A stretch of DNA of 64,000 nucleotides, taken from contig MNCI01000736.1 in the NCBI GenBank assembly GCA_015680685.1, positions 124,001 to 188,000 on the forward strand, given 5' to 3'. The notes beneath the pieces are model-generated. The model saw only the letters and a list, made by a program, of their open reading frames with translations, was not told where the DNA came from and did not search any database. A program made the translations under genes and the position numbers. This document shows positions 23,992 through 37,362 of this stretch, one piece after another (positions within the stretch are counted from its first letter, which is position 1; each line of letters starts with the position of its first letter). Source of the DNA: Gnetum montanum (taxonomy: Eukaryota; Plantae; Gnetophyta).

Positions 23992-26429
23992 AAGAGAACA
24001 ACTAAGAAGAATTTTGTGGATGAAGGTCCCAACATCATCTTATGAATAATCTACCATAGAGGCTTGTAGATGGATGAAGAGAAGAGATTACTTTTTGACT
24101 AGGTATTTTCTAGATGAATATATAGCTTTGGTGAAAGAGAATTATTTCTCTTAAAAGTTAAAAACCACTAAAGAAGCTCTACATATGAGAGATTTTTGCT
24201 TAGTAGTACCAAGTATGCGAAAATTCAAGGAGCTAGGAAGATCAAAATTAAGAAAATAAAAACCAACAAGGAAAGAGATTGAAGTTATTAGAGTAGCAAA
24301 CATTATTAGGGTAATAGCAACAACATTAGCTACTTGAACACCAGCAACAAGAATAAGAGATACTAGAGAAGCATTAGGAAGAGCAGTAGAAAGAAAGTAA
24401 AAGCTCATCAATTGTTTTCTTAAGGTATCTAATGAAAGGAATAGCTTGATTCTTCAAAGTGAAGAAGAAAGAGGAAAGAATCATTTTGAGTCACAAGCTT
24501 CAAACAAGATAGAAACTAAAAAAAGTGTTATTTTTCCATACATGGAAGATGATCCATTAACAAGAGGAAAAAGATAGTGATGAAATACCAAGACATGTTA
24601 GAAACAATAGCTACATCAATTCGCGACATGGAACAAGTGCTTGATAATAGGATAACAATGTTAAAAGAGTTCTTAGTACAAGAAAAAAAACAAGAAATAT
24701 ATAGGATAAAGAAAGAACTTAAGAATTCCAAGGATTTAAATGAATATCTCAAAAACACAATCATAATAAAAGATTCACTACTAAAAAAATAGAAAGCAAG
24801 CTAGCCTATAATTAAAAGAAAGATTAGCTATTGTAAGCTCATAATTGGAGAAAGCTAAGAAAATGAAAGGTTTAGATCATGCTTGTTTGTTGTAGCTAGA
24901 TTTTCAAAATTTAGTTGCTAAATTCAAGTTTTAGAAAAGTGGGTAAAAAAGAATTAAGTAGAAATTAAATAAGAAAGAAGAAATTAAGCTATATTTATGC
25001 ATATCAATAAAAGGGCTCAAAATATGGTAAGAACAACCACTAAAATAAGGGAAAGAATACCATCATTTAAAAAAGGATTTCTTGGAAAACACTATGGTGG
25101 AGATTATAAGAGTGATAACTAATATCAACCAAAGCAAGCTAGAGCTATAACAAGCTTTTCCTATCGTGGACATAGTGTTGAATGAGTTAACCAACTTGTT
25201 AAGTAAACTAGGAGCTAGTGAAGAGGAAGCAAAAGAAGTCATAAAGAAGGTAGACTAATCAGAGCTAAATCCATTGAGCAAAGCAATTAAATTTTTGTGT
25301 AATTGTGGTAGAATTTCACAACAATTGGTAATAGAAAACCAACATATTCAAATAATGAAGATACATTTTTAAGTAGTTTCACAAATCTGAAATTTTTTGT
25401 ATCTCTATGAAGAAATCATAAAACTAATTAGGGCTTATATTTGTAACTATTGTAATTGCTAAAGTTACTATATAAAACTTTGAGTAGATTCATAAGAGAA
25501 AAAAAATTAAAGTAAGATAGTTGTAAGATAATATTCTATAATGACATTATAAACAAGTTTTTCTTTTCATTTTTCGCATTTCCTCTCAGCTTGTCATTTA
25601 CTTAGATAACTTTCTAACTATTTAGCTAGATTTGCATATAGCCATATTTCAATATATAATAATTTTCGATTAAGCTATTTGCTTAAATCATGAAGGTTCA
25701 TCTCAATTTTTTTATGTTCATAAAACAAAATAGTGTTTTTAAGTGTCAACTTTGAATGAGTTTAAGGTGAATTAGTGTTATCCTAGGTATAATCTTGAGC
25801 TTCATAAATAATCATTTAATATCAAGTTTTAGCACTATGTAGGATGACTTCTGTAATACATATCTTTTGGAATGTGTGTTAGCAAATAACTCGAATTCAT
25901 TGAATGAAAAATTTCATAAATTTATTTGTTTACTATCATAGCTATGTAAAAACTAAAACTTAATGATTAGAAATCTATTGAAAATCACCAATGTTGAAAG
26001 GTAGACAAAGGAGGAATATTATTATTAGTAACTACAAATAGAGATTATACTTAATATGCTCAAAAGGTAGCTTAAGAATATATAAATTAAGCCATAATTA
26101 TCTCATTAAAATTAGTAGAAGCTATTTAAAGGTATCCATGCCTTAGTTGATCCAAATACCAAGAGCCACCTAAAACAAGTAATTAAACTATTCTAGTCAG
26201 GGTTATTCCCCTACACCAACAATAATCATGCCATGTAATTATCAATGGGACATCCAAAATTACATATCATAATGCATCATAAATTATCATAAATAAATTT
26301 ATGAAATGTAAAGGGTACAAGTATACTTTCATGATGATAGAATTATGAGAATCAAATGTACACTTGGAATATAATATCTTCAATATCATATGCACATACA
26401 CTTCACAAATTGAGCTAGTATATTTCATA

Positions 26430-27995
26430 AAGTAAGATTTTAAAGATTCTATGAATTGGATGCTTTAGCAAATTTCCCAATAAGAAAGAATATCTATTGA
26501 TAGGGATTTTAATTATATGTTGGATCTATGAAAATGGGATATGACAAGGTTTATGAAGGATATGAATTTAGAAAGTGCAATGATATGGAAGATTCACTAT
26601 TACAATTTGTAAGTGTTTATGATATTGCAATTGAAAATGCTTATTTTAAGAATAGGAAAAAAAATTAATTACATATAAGAGTAATATGGTACTCATTTCT
26701 TTAAGTTAAAAATCTAGATTTAAGCTTAGGCATTGAAAATCAAATAGGTTAGAATTTTTATCAGCTATAAACCCTCCTTGGATCTTGCTTAGTAGGATGA
26801 GCACTATGATTTTAGTTGACGATATTTTTTATATAGGAGTGGTATGGATAAAGCAAAAATTTATTATTTAAAATTATTTTTAATGTGTATTAAATTAATA
26901 ATTTCCAAGATAATATATCCATGAAGAAGAATCAAATTTTTTTTTGGTTGATGAACTTTCCTTCTTTGAGGTAAACATAACCTTATCAAATATGAAAAAT
27001 GAAAAAGTTATTCCTATTGAAACTTGGAAAGCATTGGGAAACATAAGAGTTTCTTGGCTAACAAAATGATTTACCAAAATTTTGAAAAATGAAGAAATGC
27101 TTAATAATTATAGGAAAAGCATTATTGTTTTCATCCATAAAAATAAAGATGTACAAAATTTTTCAAACTATAGAGAGATCAAGCTAATGAACCATAGTAT
27201 GAGCTTTGGAAGAGAGTCAAAGAGTAACATCTTAGACTCAAATTAACAATATCAGAAATCAATTTGGATTTATGCTAGGGAGATTTACTATAGAGGCTAT
27301 TTTTTGAATAATAATTGTTATAAAAATTCATAAAATCTAGACAAGTTCACATTATGATTTTTATTGACTTGAAAAAAACAAATAATAGTTCCTGCAATAG
27401 TTTCACTACCTAGAATCAATTCTTTATCAAATGGTGAAATTGATAAACAGATAAGAAATAGAATTAAGGTAGGATGGTCAAAATGAAGAAAAGCTAGTGA
27501 TTTTCTATGTGATAAAAGAATACCAATAAAATTAAAGGGGAAATTTTACAAGATAATAATTAGACATGTTATCTTATATCATTTAAAATTTTGGATAGTA
27601 TGAAAGATACATGAACAAAAAATTAGTGTCATAGAAATGTAAATGCTTAGACGGATATTAAATGTTACTAGAAAAGATAAAATACATAATACAATTATTA
27701 GAGGTAGATTTTGATTAGCTTCTATTTCAATTAAACTACAAAATAATGGCTTAGATGGTTTGGATATATTCAAAGAAGATAACCTAATCAGCCTATAAAA
27801 AAATATTGTTATATTAATGTTCTAGAAAAGCCATAAAAAGGTAAATGAAAGAAGATGTGGGAAAAAATAATTGAATATGATTTAAAGAAACTACAAATAA
27901 ATAAAAAGATCTAGCTTTTCATAGATGTGAATAATAAAAAAACTTATATAGATGATTCCATTTTATTGGGATAAGACTAGGATGGTGATGATGAT
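26430..27995 (+). mobile_element. RTE-clade LINE remnant (5' truncated, internally deleted)
   Basis: Endonuclease tail ENAYFKNRK..ITYKS; RT NYREIKLMNH, NQFGFMLGRFTIEAIF, IFIDL, RIKVGWSK, LCDKRIPIKLKGKFYK, RWFGY; 3' end TTGGGATAAGACTAGGATGGTGATGATGAT typical of plant RTE. Confidence 0.88.
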
Positions 27996-28099
27996 ATAAC
28001 ATGTCATGCTATCTAGCCCAAACACATCTCTAACCATAACTTATGTAAGCATGTAGTTAAATAACATGCTATACCAAATGACCTTAAAAGTGGTGTGAT

Positions 28100-28574
28100 A
28101 TTGCTACTCTCTTCACAAATCTTCCTTTTTGAATATGTTAGGATGAGTAGCTTACATATCTTTCTCTATTTCCTACATTATCTCCTAGAAGTTGTGGCTA
28201 CTTCACAACATCTTAAACCATTGAAATAACTCTACTACACAACCACTACATCATATAGTCCATAATCTATACTAGCTATTCAATGTATGAAGCATCGAGC
28301 TACAATTATATATCTAAACAATTAATGACATTCCACTCATATGATACATACTTTACCAACATAAAGACCTAGAACACATCATGTAAATTAGTTAATTGTG
28401 GAGGCAATGTTATTTAGTTGGCCATCTTGCTAATTCTTTGTAATACCTTAGAGGTACCAACATACCTTAAGTCTAATTTTTTCTTTAAGCCAAATCACAT
28501 AAGTCCCTTTAGAGAAGAAACATGAAGGAAAACATGATTCACAAGAGAAAAATCTAATGGTCTCCTATTACAAT
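28100..28574 (-). pseudogene. Tekay-like gypsy integrase C-terminus/chromodomain (continues from 47124)
   Basis: NRRPLDF..NHVFLHVSSLKGLM*FG.KKKL..RYVG..KVLQRI; MLVKYVS...YIE*LV*IMD. Confidence 0.75.
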
Positions 28575-29459
28575 TGATAAGCATCAGAGTGTCAAGTTGA
28601 CAAGGCCCCATTGACATGTTGTTGCCATGTTGATGGGGCCCCATCGATGTAGCCTTATTGCAAAAACTATAAGTATGTGCTCCTAGCCATGTTTATGGGA
28701 CAACAAGTCATAGTAATAACAGATCTCTTGTAGTTTTTCCATTTGAAAGTTAGAATACTTCTCTTAGTGCTCGCAATAGGAGTTAGAAAGTATATAGATC
28801 TTTATTCGAGCACTGTTGTACTTGAACCATACCAATGTGTATGGAAATAAAGATAAGCCTTTTGATCAAACCTTACAACACCTAGAATAGATTAATGATT
28901 TATTTATGCATTCATTGTTTTCATTAAATATGCAATTAATTAAGCTAAATTATACCTAAATAGATTAGTTAATTATTTAAGATAAATAGATTAAACACAT
29001 AAGTATAACGGGTTCAAGTGTAAACATATATTCCCTTGGTAATCCTAGTAGCATTATTGCTTGGTGCACCTAGTAGTGTAGTGCTTGGTAATTTAGTAGT
29101 GGATAAGTGGTTTCAAGATGTGTACAGAAAGTGGGATTAGATGCTTATGTTAGGACTAGTTAGAGACTAGTACAGTAGTTAAATTAAATTAGTTATTAAG
29201 ATAAATAGATCTCCCTATTTAAGTGCCAAAGAACATTAAACATAAAACAATAAAAATCATATGCCTCAATTATAGTTAACCATACCTTTGTACATCACAA
29301 GTGTAATTGGAGAGACAACAAATAACCTTTAGGATGAGGTTCAGTTCCTACAGATTTAGTACACTAGAAACTATAGAGACCATGGAATTTGATGAGATCA
29401 TGTATGAACGCTTTGTGATTTATATGGTCGAGCATAGGGGTACCTTCGACTACTCATCA
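28575..29459 (+). repeat. 5' LTR of the Athila-like element
   Basis: TGATAAGCATC...ACTCATCA; direct repeat of 46155-47123. Confidence 0.9.
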
Positions 29460-29460
29460 T

Positions 29461-29478
29461 TAGCGCTATTGCCAAGGA
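29461..29478 (+). promoter_or_regulatory. primer-binding site, tRNA-Asp type
   Basis: TAGCGCTATTGCCAAGGA = deaminated TGGCGCCGTTGCCGGGGA, the PBS typical of Athila. Confidence 0.8.
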
Positions 29479-30399
29479 TTCTTTTTGTTGAAATGTATGT
29501 TATCTAGGATTAGTGAACATTATTAATATCATTGGAAAAACCTCAAGGTTGACATCATTCTTGACTTATATAATTACAAAAGCATACTAATATTTTATTT
29601 ATTTGAAAAATATCTTCTTGTCATATAAATGAAGATGTCAAACCACTAGTTCCAAAATAGTGCAAGGTGGTATATACTCATCTAGATGAGTATGTGCCTT
29701 ATTTTACCTTCATCTTGCACCAGGATGAACAATTGCGATGGCGTGATATGGAAGGCAACATTGCAATGCCTCCTAATCGATCTATGCTTGTGATGCTACT
29801 TCAAACTCTTACAAATTTAGGATTTCATGATCTTCAAGAGGAATATTTTGTAAATGGTTATCAAACTTGGGACTTCCATACCACTAACACACAATGTAGA
29901 ATAGATTGATACTAAGAGAAGCATCATGAGTTTACAAAGGGGAAATAGTTCACCAATCCCTTGTTCCTACTAAACCAAGATGATAATAAGGGCCTTTCTC
30001 TAAAAACTTTCAACATAAAAATTCTCCACCTCTCATTACTAATGATGAATGTGTAAACCTATATCTACATTCTACTATCAACAAACCAGGTTCAGGAAAA
30101 GATGGTAGTTAAGGTAGAAGATTGGGCAAGCATAAAGAAAATAAGAAATTTGATGAACATGGCCATGACAACCAAAGGGAAGATGACATACATCATGGTG
30201 CTAGTAGTTCTCCTTCCTCTTCATCTACATATTCTTCTTCCTCTTCTTCTAATTTTGAAATAAGTTTTATAAGAAATAATCATGATGGAGGTGAGCACCA
30301 AAATAGTAATACTAATCGCCATGCCCACAATAATCAAAGAGGTAACAGAGAAAATTATCAGTGGCATTGAAATAATGATGATGATGAGCATTTGCTAGC

Positions 30400-33300
30400 A
30401 ACTTGAAGCATGATTAATATTGAAAAGGCAATTAAGATTCCAACTAGGCATGTGAAAGATAGTTGAATCAAGCACTTAGACATGAACAATATCCCAAGAT
30501 TTGAGGGGGGATATAACTCTAATCCATAGACACATCTATAAGCTTTTCACAATGCTTGTGCCTCCTAGAACATTGAAAATGATTGGAAAAAACTTAAACT
30601 CTTCCCTAGGACATTCATCAAAGAGGCTAAAAGCTGGTACTAGTCCTTAGAGTCGGAATATATTCACTGATGGAATACAATGCTTGAGCTATTCAATGAT
30701 AAATACTAGACATACTCCAGAGTGTCTAATTTGAGAAGGCAAATCCAAGGTTGAAATCAAGGAATACATGAACCCTTGGATGCCACCATGGGTAGATATA
30801 TTTCTCTCATAAATTGATGCCCTAGTGCATGGTTATTCTCAAAGAGAATAACTCTACCACATCATTGATGGGCTCAGAGCAAAAACTAGAACTCTTGAGG
30901 TTTATGCCCAAGGGAGACTATTCGAACTAAGAGCTCATCAAATACAAAGGTTGATAGAGCAAGTAGTAAAATAATAAGATCAATTATGAAAATGAAAAGT
31001 ATAGAAGTACATAATATGGATCCTTTCATTAAGGAAAGGGAGGCCTAATTCTATGACAAGGAGGAGTCACTGCTCAATGAAGTGGTGAATAAGAAAACCT
31101 TGCCTATTCAAACATCTATTTCCAATATTTTGGCAAAGGTTGATAACTTATGGGACTCTTTGGATGAAAAATTCCAAACTACTATGAAGATTACTAAAGC
31201 ATCCAAAGAGAAGAATAGTGATTGTGATCGTAAGAGGTAAAAAGAAGTTGAACGTGCCTACCAAAGAGGTAAGGAAAAAGCTACTATAGTAGAAGAATTT
31301 ATGGAGATAGACTTTGATGATGATGCTAGTTGTAACATTTATCAACATGAACATCCAAAGGTATGTTGTCCTATGGTGTCACACTTACAAGATTCTAGGA
31401 TGTACACATTGAATCCTCAACTAGCACGTAGGCAAGCATCCAGATGATTGCCTTATCCTCAAGGCAATCCAAGGTAGTTCCACTAGCAACAACAATTTTA
31501 TTATCCAAGTGGAGCTCCATCACAACCGTATGAACAATACTAGTAGTGGCACCAATCACAATCATGGGGAATGCCATTTTCAAGATAGCAGTACCCTTAC
31601 AGGCAATTAGATTAATACAGGTACTATGTTTAGCAACCCATTTCTCCATAGTACTATTAAACTCATTCGCCATCTACTCAAGTGGAGCACCCATATCCAT
31701 ACCACCCTCCACATTCATCTACACCCATTCCTTCACCCTCAAGCTAGTTACCTCCTACTCCATTTGTGCAAGGTGAAATTCCCTCATAACAATAGCAACG
31801 AAATGCTATGAGGGTTGTAAATTTACGATGGTTGAGTGGTTTAGATAACTGATCTAAGAACTAATCATTTTTTCAACCCAATAGTCCTCCCAAATCCTCA
31901 CAACCTAATGCAACTAGTTTCCCTATATCTTCAACATCCTCATCCTCTGTATCAAACACATTCAAGTTTCCTTCAAATAAAACACCATCTCAAATCCACA
32001 CCATGATGTTAACTCATGTTGTTTCTAATTGGATTAAGGCTAGAAACCTTCCCACAAAATGATCTGACCTAAGAAGTCCTATTATTTACTTGTAGATCAC
32101 TAGACATGAGCCATGTAATGTTCTTCTTGATTCTGGTTCTAGTGTCAATCTCATCTCTTATGACATGTACAAGGCTTGGAACCTACCACCTCTCAAGAAG
32201 AGTAATATCCATTTAGAATTGGCAAACTTATCAATCATTGTCCCTTTGGGGTTAGTGGAGGACATTGTGACCATAGTTTGTGGGTGATCTTATCCTACCA
32301 ATTTTCTTGTGCTAAAAGTTTAAAACTACAAAGGCAATTTTCCCATCATTATGGGACATGCATGGTTGAGCACTATTAATGCATGAATGGCCATTAGGAA
32401 TCTCTCTTTAAAAATATCTAAAAAAATGAATTTGAACAACTTGAGAAGAAGTGAGTTCCATGCATTGCATACAATGATAATGGGTGCAATTACATGTAGA
32501 ATATCTGGTCCATTAAAAGTACATTCCTCAAAGGAAGCAATCAGTGTGCACATGAAACAAATATCCAAAGGTGCAAATATGTAGTAGCCATAAAATAAGA
32601 GGGCACCTAGTGGCTAACATATAACTCTAATAGCAGCACATTATGCATGAAACCTACTAAGAGACTGACATGTGCCTATGTTGAAGGCATAGATGAACTT
32701 TATGAAGTTTATCACCAACTCTTTAATGATGAAAATGATTATACTTGTTGGGGGGAGGTGGAAATTGCTGATAATCTCAAGTAAGAGCTTGTAGAGTTAA
32801 AAACTCTACCAATTGGCATGGAGTATGCATTTTTAACTAATGACAAGCTAGTTATCATTAATGTAAATTTTTCTCTTGAACAAAAAGACAAGCTGTTGAC
32901 ATTGATCAAAAAATGGAAAACAACCTTTGCTTTATCATATTCTGAGCTAACTAGAATTGATCCAAGCATATGCCAACATCATATCTACATTGACTTATCC
33001 ATGAAGCCAAGAATATAGCCGTAGAAGTGACTAAATCCCAAATTTAAGTAGATAATTAAAGAGGAAATAAAACAACTCCTCAAGGCAAGGTTCATCGATC
33101 CCATTGTGGATAGTGAGTGGGTTAGCCCACTCATAATTGTGCCAAAGAAAGGTGGTAAGTGGTAGGTCTACATCATCTCTAGGCTGTTGAATATAGCAAC
33201 CTTTAAAGATCATTTTCCATTGTCATTTGTGAACAAAGTGTTGGACACCATATCTAGGCATCATTATTATAATTTCTTGGATGGTTATAGTGGCTATAAC

Positions 33301-33613
33301 CAAATCTAGATTGTGCTCAAGGATCAAGCCAAAACAATATTTATGAGTCCCTAAGGAACATTTGCATATTGTAAGATGTCATTTGGTCTATGTAATGCTT
33401 CAACAACATTCCAATGTCTAGCTCTTAGTATTTTTCAATAGTAAATTGGTAGCAAGATAAAGGTCTTCATGGAAGACTTCTCTACCTATGGGTTTACATT
33501 TGAGCAAGCCCTAGACCACCTTGAGCAAGTACTAAAAAGATGTGTTGAAACAAACATTATGCATAATTGGAAGAAAAGTTGTTTAATGTTCCAAGAAGGC
33601 ATAGTACTCGGTA
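30400..33613 (+). pseudogene. Athila-like gag, protease and RT N-terminal part
   Basis: IPRFEGG..KLKLFP; NVLLDSGSSVNLI; DSEWVSPLIIVPKKGG, KDHFPLSF, FLDGYSGYNQI, FGLCNASTTFQ, FMEDF, EGIVLG. Confidence 0.9.
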
Positions 33614-34260
33614 TTTTAATGCATGTATAATGAGAAACTTGAAACATCAATATCTCCCAAACCATAAGTCCAATTGAGATGAAATTTGTATCATTGGAAT
33701 TGTCTCAACAAGTGCTACTCATTGGACATAGTTTTTAAGTTTAAAAATGTACTTGATTTTTCAGAAATTGAAAGGAAAAAACTAGCCTATTTTGTTGAAC
33801 TGACATTTCTAGGCTAATATATGGTAACTTGGAATCTTCTAAATTATTTGGATAGTGAAAAACAAGATCAATTCAAGCCATGGTTACTAACTTTCTTGAA
33901 ATAAATTTAATAATGATCCTAATTGATTAATAATTATAGTATTAGCATGGGTAAGAGTTACCTGGACTAGTGTATCATTATCTTACCAAAATCTCTTGTA
34001 ATTGATGAATTTTGATGAGGTGTAATCAAATCTTCATCAGTTAATGATATTCATGAAAGAAACTTTGTTGGTTGCTGGGATCTAGATGCCTAATCTATTG
34101 TTTGTGAAGTCAATGGAAAGGTATCTTCTAACTTGCATCACAAATATATGGTACATCCAATGATGATCAATGGCTTTCCATATGTTGTGGCTTCAAGGTT
34201 CATCATTAGGTTCATGTTTTAGTCAGTTGATGGTTCTGAATGGCCCTTGGGTCATGGTTT

Positions 34261-34272
34261 GCTCCGATACCA
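34261..34272 (-). promoter_or_regulatory. primer-binding site, tRNA-iMet (A2)
   Basis: Minus strand TGGTATCGGAGC, 2 nt after the LTR end. Confidence 0.9.
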
Positions 34273-34274
34273 AT

Positions 34275-34879
34275 TGTGACATCCCATCCTCAAATGTCAT
34301 GGCAAACATCAAATATACAATATATTAGACATTATGCATATAAAGAAAATATACCAAATGTGAAATATAAGTGATATTCAACATCATGTATAAAGGAAAT
34401 AATAGGAAAAATGTAGAAAGAGAAATAAAAGAACGCTTTATTAATATGGAATAACTTATCCAAATCATGCTCTGAGAGTGTTCCTTGGGGTTTTCTTCCT
34501 TTGGCATCTATCCCTTAGAGGAAATCTAGCACTACCACCATGGTTAGGCCTATAACCTAGCCAAAAGGGATGACTAGTCCACTTCTTGTCCCACTTCACC
34601 TAGCTTCCTATGACTTGCCTATACCAACTCTACCACTCCATGACTTACCTATACTAGCTCCACCATTCCATGTTGGTATGACCTCTAACCCTAGGTATAA
34701 ATGCTTTAGGTCAAACCCCCAACAGTTACCTTAAGAGACACATCCATTATTACAACATGCCCTTTTGGGTCTCAATTACAACTATCCTTTCAAGTCTTGT
34801 TAAGATAATAATAACACTAGTTATGAAGAGACACCATCTTCATTAGTTAGTAGCATCATATGGGAATGGGGATGTGACA
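34275..34879 (-). repeat. 5' LTR of A2 (605 bp)
   Basis: TGTCACATCCCC...GGGATGTCACA on the minus strand; colinear with 39774-40274 and 49426-50032. Confidence 0.92.
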
Positions 34880-35955
34880 TCATGGATAGTGCTCACAGGA
34901 TTGAACAAACTAGTGAGCATCCCTCAAGATTGTAGGCTAATAGTTCTTTCCATTAGGATTTTTACGACCATGCATCTCCTAACATAGTGGCCTCTACAAG
35001 GGCCTTCATGAGTATCTTGGAGAACGTGCAATTGATCTACATTAGGTACACACCAATGAACTAGGCCATCAGTGCACACCTTGTAAAGTTATCTATTTAT
35101 TTCCATCAAGTACTTAGCCTGATGAAGAAACTATTATTTTTTCTTGAAGTCCAAATATTTTGGCATCTCTTGTGTGAGAAGGTAAGTGAGAATGCCATTG
35201 TACCATTTTGTTTTTGTAGGAATTTTTTTATTTATTACTCCTATAGAGAGAAGTTCATCTAGAATATGATTATAGAGTAGGCTCTCTTCCTGTTTGTTAT
35301 CCCATATTAACCAAGAAAGATGGTCAACAACCACATTTTCAATCCCTTTTTGGTCTACCATTGTAAGATTGAATTTCTACAAAATCATTAGCCACTATAT
35401 GATATAGGGGCTCATCATTGGCTTATTCATTGGGAAGTAGACACTGCTAGGATCTACGTGCATAAATACTATATAGCCAAGCACATAGTACCTACACTTT
35501 TCAAGAGTATACACCATTTTCATTAGTACTTTGTTAGTTGTGATGTAATTCAACTTTGCATCCACAACGCTTTGACTCATGCAGTGGATGTAATATGGAT
35601 GTTTCTTGTCATCCAACTACATAATCACAGCTCCTAAGAAATAATTGGATGCGTCTATCATTATGTAAAATGGTTTGGACTAGGCTGGTACCTGTAGAAT
35701 TGAAATTTTTACAGTTTTATCCTTTAACTATTGGAATGCATGTTCACACTCCATGGTCTAGATGAATAGAGCATCTTTCTTTGTAAGCTTGACCAATGAC
35801 TTTACAATCTTAGAGAAATTCTCTGAGTCACCAGTAGTAGCTAGTGTGTCCAAGGAAAGATCAAATACCTTTGACTATCTTTGGCTGATGTGTGATTCCT
35901 TGGATGATACTTATCTTTTTTGGGTCTACCTCAATCCCTACTTGAGTAATTTTGT
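34880..35955 (-). pseudogene. inverted RT C-terminus, RNase H and integrase N-terminus of the Athila-like element
   Basis: GIEVDPKK, SFLGH..YY, DASNYFLGAV, NYITT..L.KMVY.LEK, KGIENVVVDHLS, HEGPCRGHY...FVQSCE. Confidence 0.9.
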
Positions 35956-36849
35956 TAAATTATTAATTTATTATTTGAACAAAAAAAATGTCAAAATTGT
36001 AGGATTTGGAATCAACCCAGAATCGCCATTTACGCATACCAAACCCTTACCTTGTCATCAATCGAACCACCACGTTAACCACTGAGGCAAGGTGGAATAA
36101 AATAATAATAAAAAGTTAAAAAAACTTTAATTTTGAACGAGAGATCATCAATTCAAACCCAATCCCCCACAGTTTTAATTTTAAAAAAAAAGATACATAT
36201 AATATATATAACATTATTTTTTAAATAAATATAATATTAATTAAAAAATAGAAAATATATATATAATAAAATATAATTTTGGAAAAAAATGGGGGATATA
36301 AGGTCTCAAGTTCAAACCCAAGCCCCAAAAAAATTAATAACAAAAAATAATTTTGACCTTGGCCAGGCCTAGGACTAGAGCTATAGCTAGTAGTGGCCAG
36401 GCCTATAGCCAACTAGGCCACAAACAAGCTACTGGCAAGTCATGACAAGACTAGCCCTAGGGCTAGCCCCAAGGCCAACCCATTAGCCACTCTACCTACA
36501 CCACATCGCACTATCGTCTATCGTCATATTGCACTTTAGTCCATCACCATATTATGCCTTGCATGCCTTCATTTCCCTTGCTACTCTACTTTGTTTTTAT
36601 TGCTACTCCAATATGCTACTATGTTCTTTAGTCTACTACCATGTCACACTCGGGCCTAAGCTTGTGCCTGCCACCAAACTGAACTGCATAAAAAACCCTT
36701 GTTTTCATCGTCACCACTAGGGCTATTGTCGTTGCCCTACCCTCACATTCCTTACTGTGCACCATCCATTACATGCCCTACCACTACCCATTACATGCCT
36801 GCCATGTCCACTTACCACTTGCCCATTGCCTACTGAGCACAACATCGAT

Positions 36850-37110
36850 CACTGCTTCCTGTGTTGCTCATCACTACCTTTCATACTACCCATCATTTCC
36901 TTGAGTGTCACCCATCAAGGCCTCCCATGCCACCCATCATTGCCTCTAATGCTGCCCATCACTACCTCCCATGCTACCCATCACTACCTCTAATGCTGCC
37001 CATCATTGCCTCCCATGCCACCCATCATTGCCTACCATGTCATCAATCACTGCCTCTAGTGTCATCAATCATTACCTTTAGCATTATTGATAACCACCTC
37101 CAGCGTAGCC
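36850..37110. repeat. 22-bp tandem array (CCATGCCACCCATCATTGCCTC) in the A2 leader
   Basis: ~10 copies; homologous to 3270-3500 in the opposite orientation. Confidence 0.9.
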
Positions 37111-37309
37111 AATAACTATAAATTTTCCTTTATATGATAGAAAATTTTCAATTGTCCATCAACTGATAGAAAAATTTGAAATTCCAATTAATTAACAGAA
37201 AATTTAAATTTTTATCATTAAACTATTAGTTTAAATTAGGAACTTGTGAAAATAGTTTCCAAAATCAGACTTGGGTGTAGTGGTAGAAACAAAGATTAAA
37301 ATCCCACAA

Positions 37310-37362
37310 TTAAGCATGCTCACTCTAGAGCAGAATTGGTATGGGTGACCTCTTGGGAAGTC
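37310..37362 (+). promoter_or_regulatory. 5S rRNA-derived internal control region inside A2
   Basis: TTAAGCATGCTCACTCTAGAGCAGAATTGGTATGGGTGACCTCTTGGGAAGTC, 41/53 ungapped versus recalled plant 5S; the flanks AATCCCACAA and TCATATCTCACACC also resemble 5S. Confidence 0.82.

Larger units (their letters stand above)
33614..35955 (-). other. 2.34-kb inverted segment
   Basis: Re-inverting it joins GAA GGC ATA GTA CTC GGT A|AC AAA ATT ACT CAA in frame (EGIVLGNKITQVGIEVDPKK). Confidence 0.9.

Noticed and set aside
17464-23996. TSD for the copia element
   Set aside because: Flanks AATAT and AAGAG match at only 3 of 5 positions; not supportable.
37273-37305. tRNA-like 5' end GGGTGTAGTGGTAG before the 5S box
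   Set aside because: No B box or cloverleaf follows, and it is poorly kept in copy A1.
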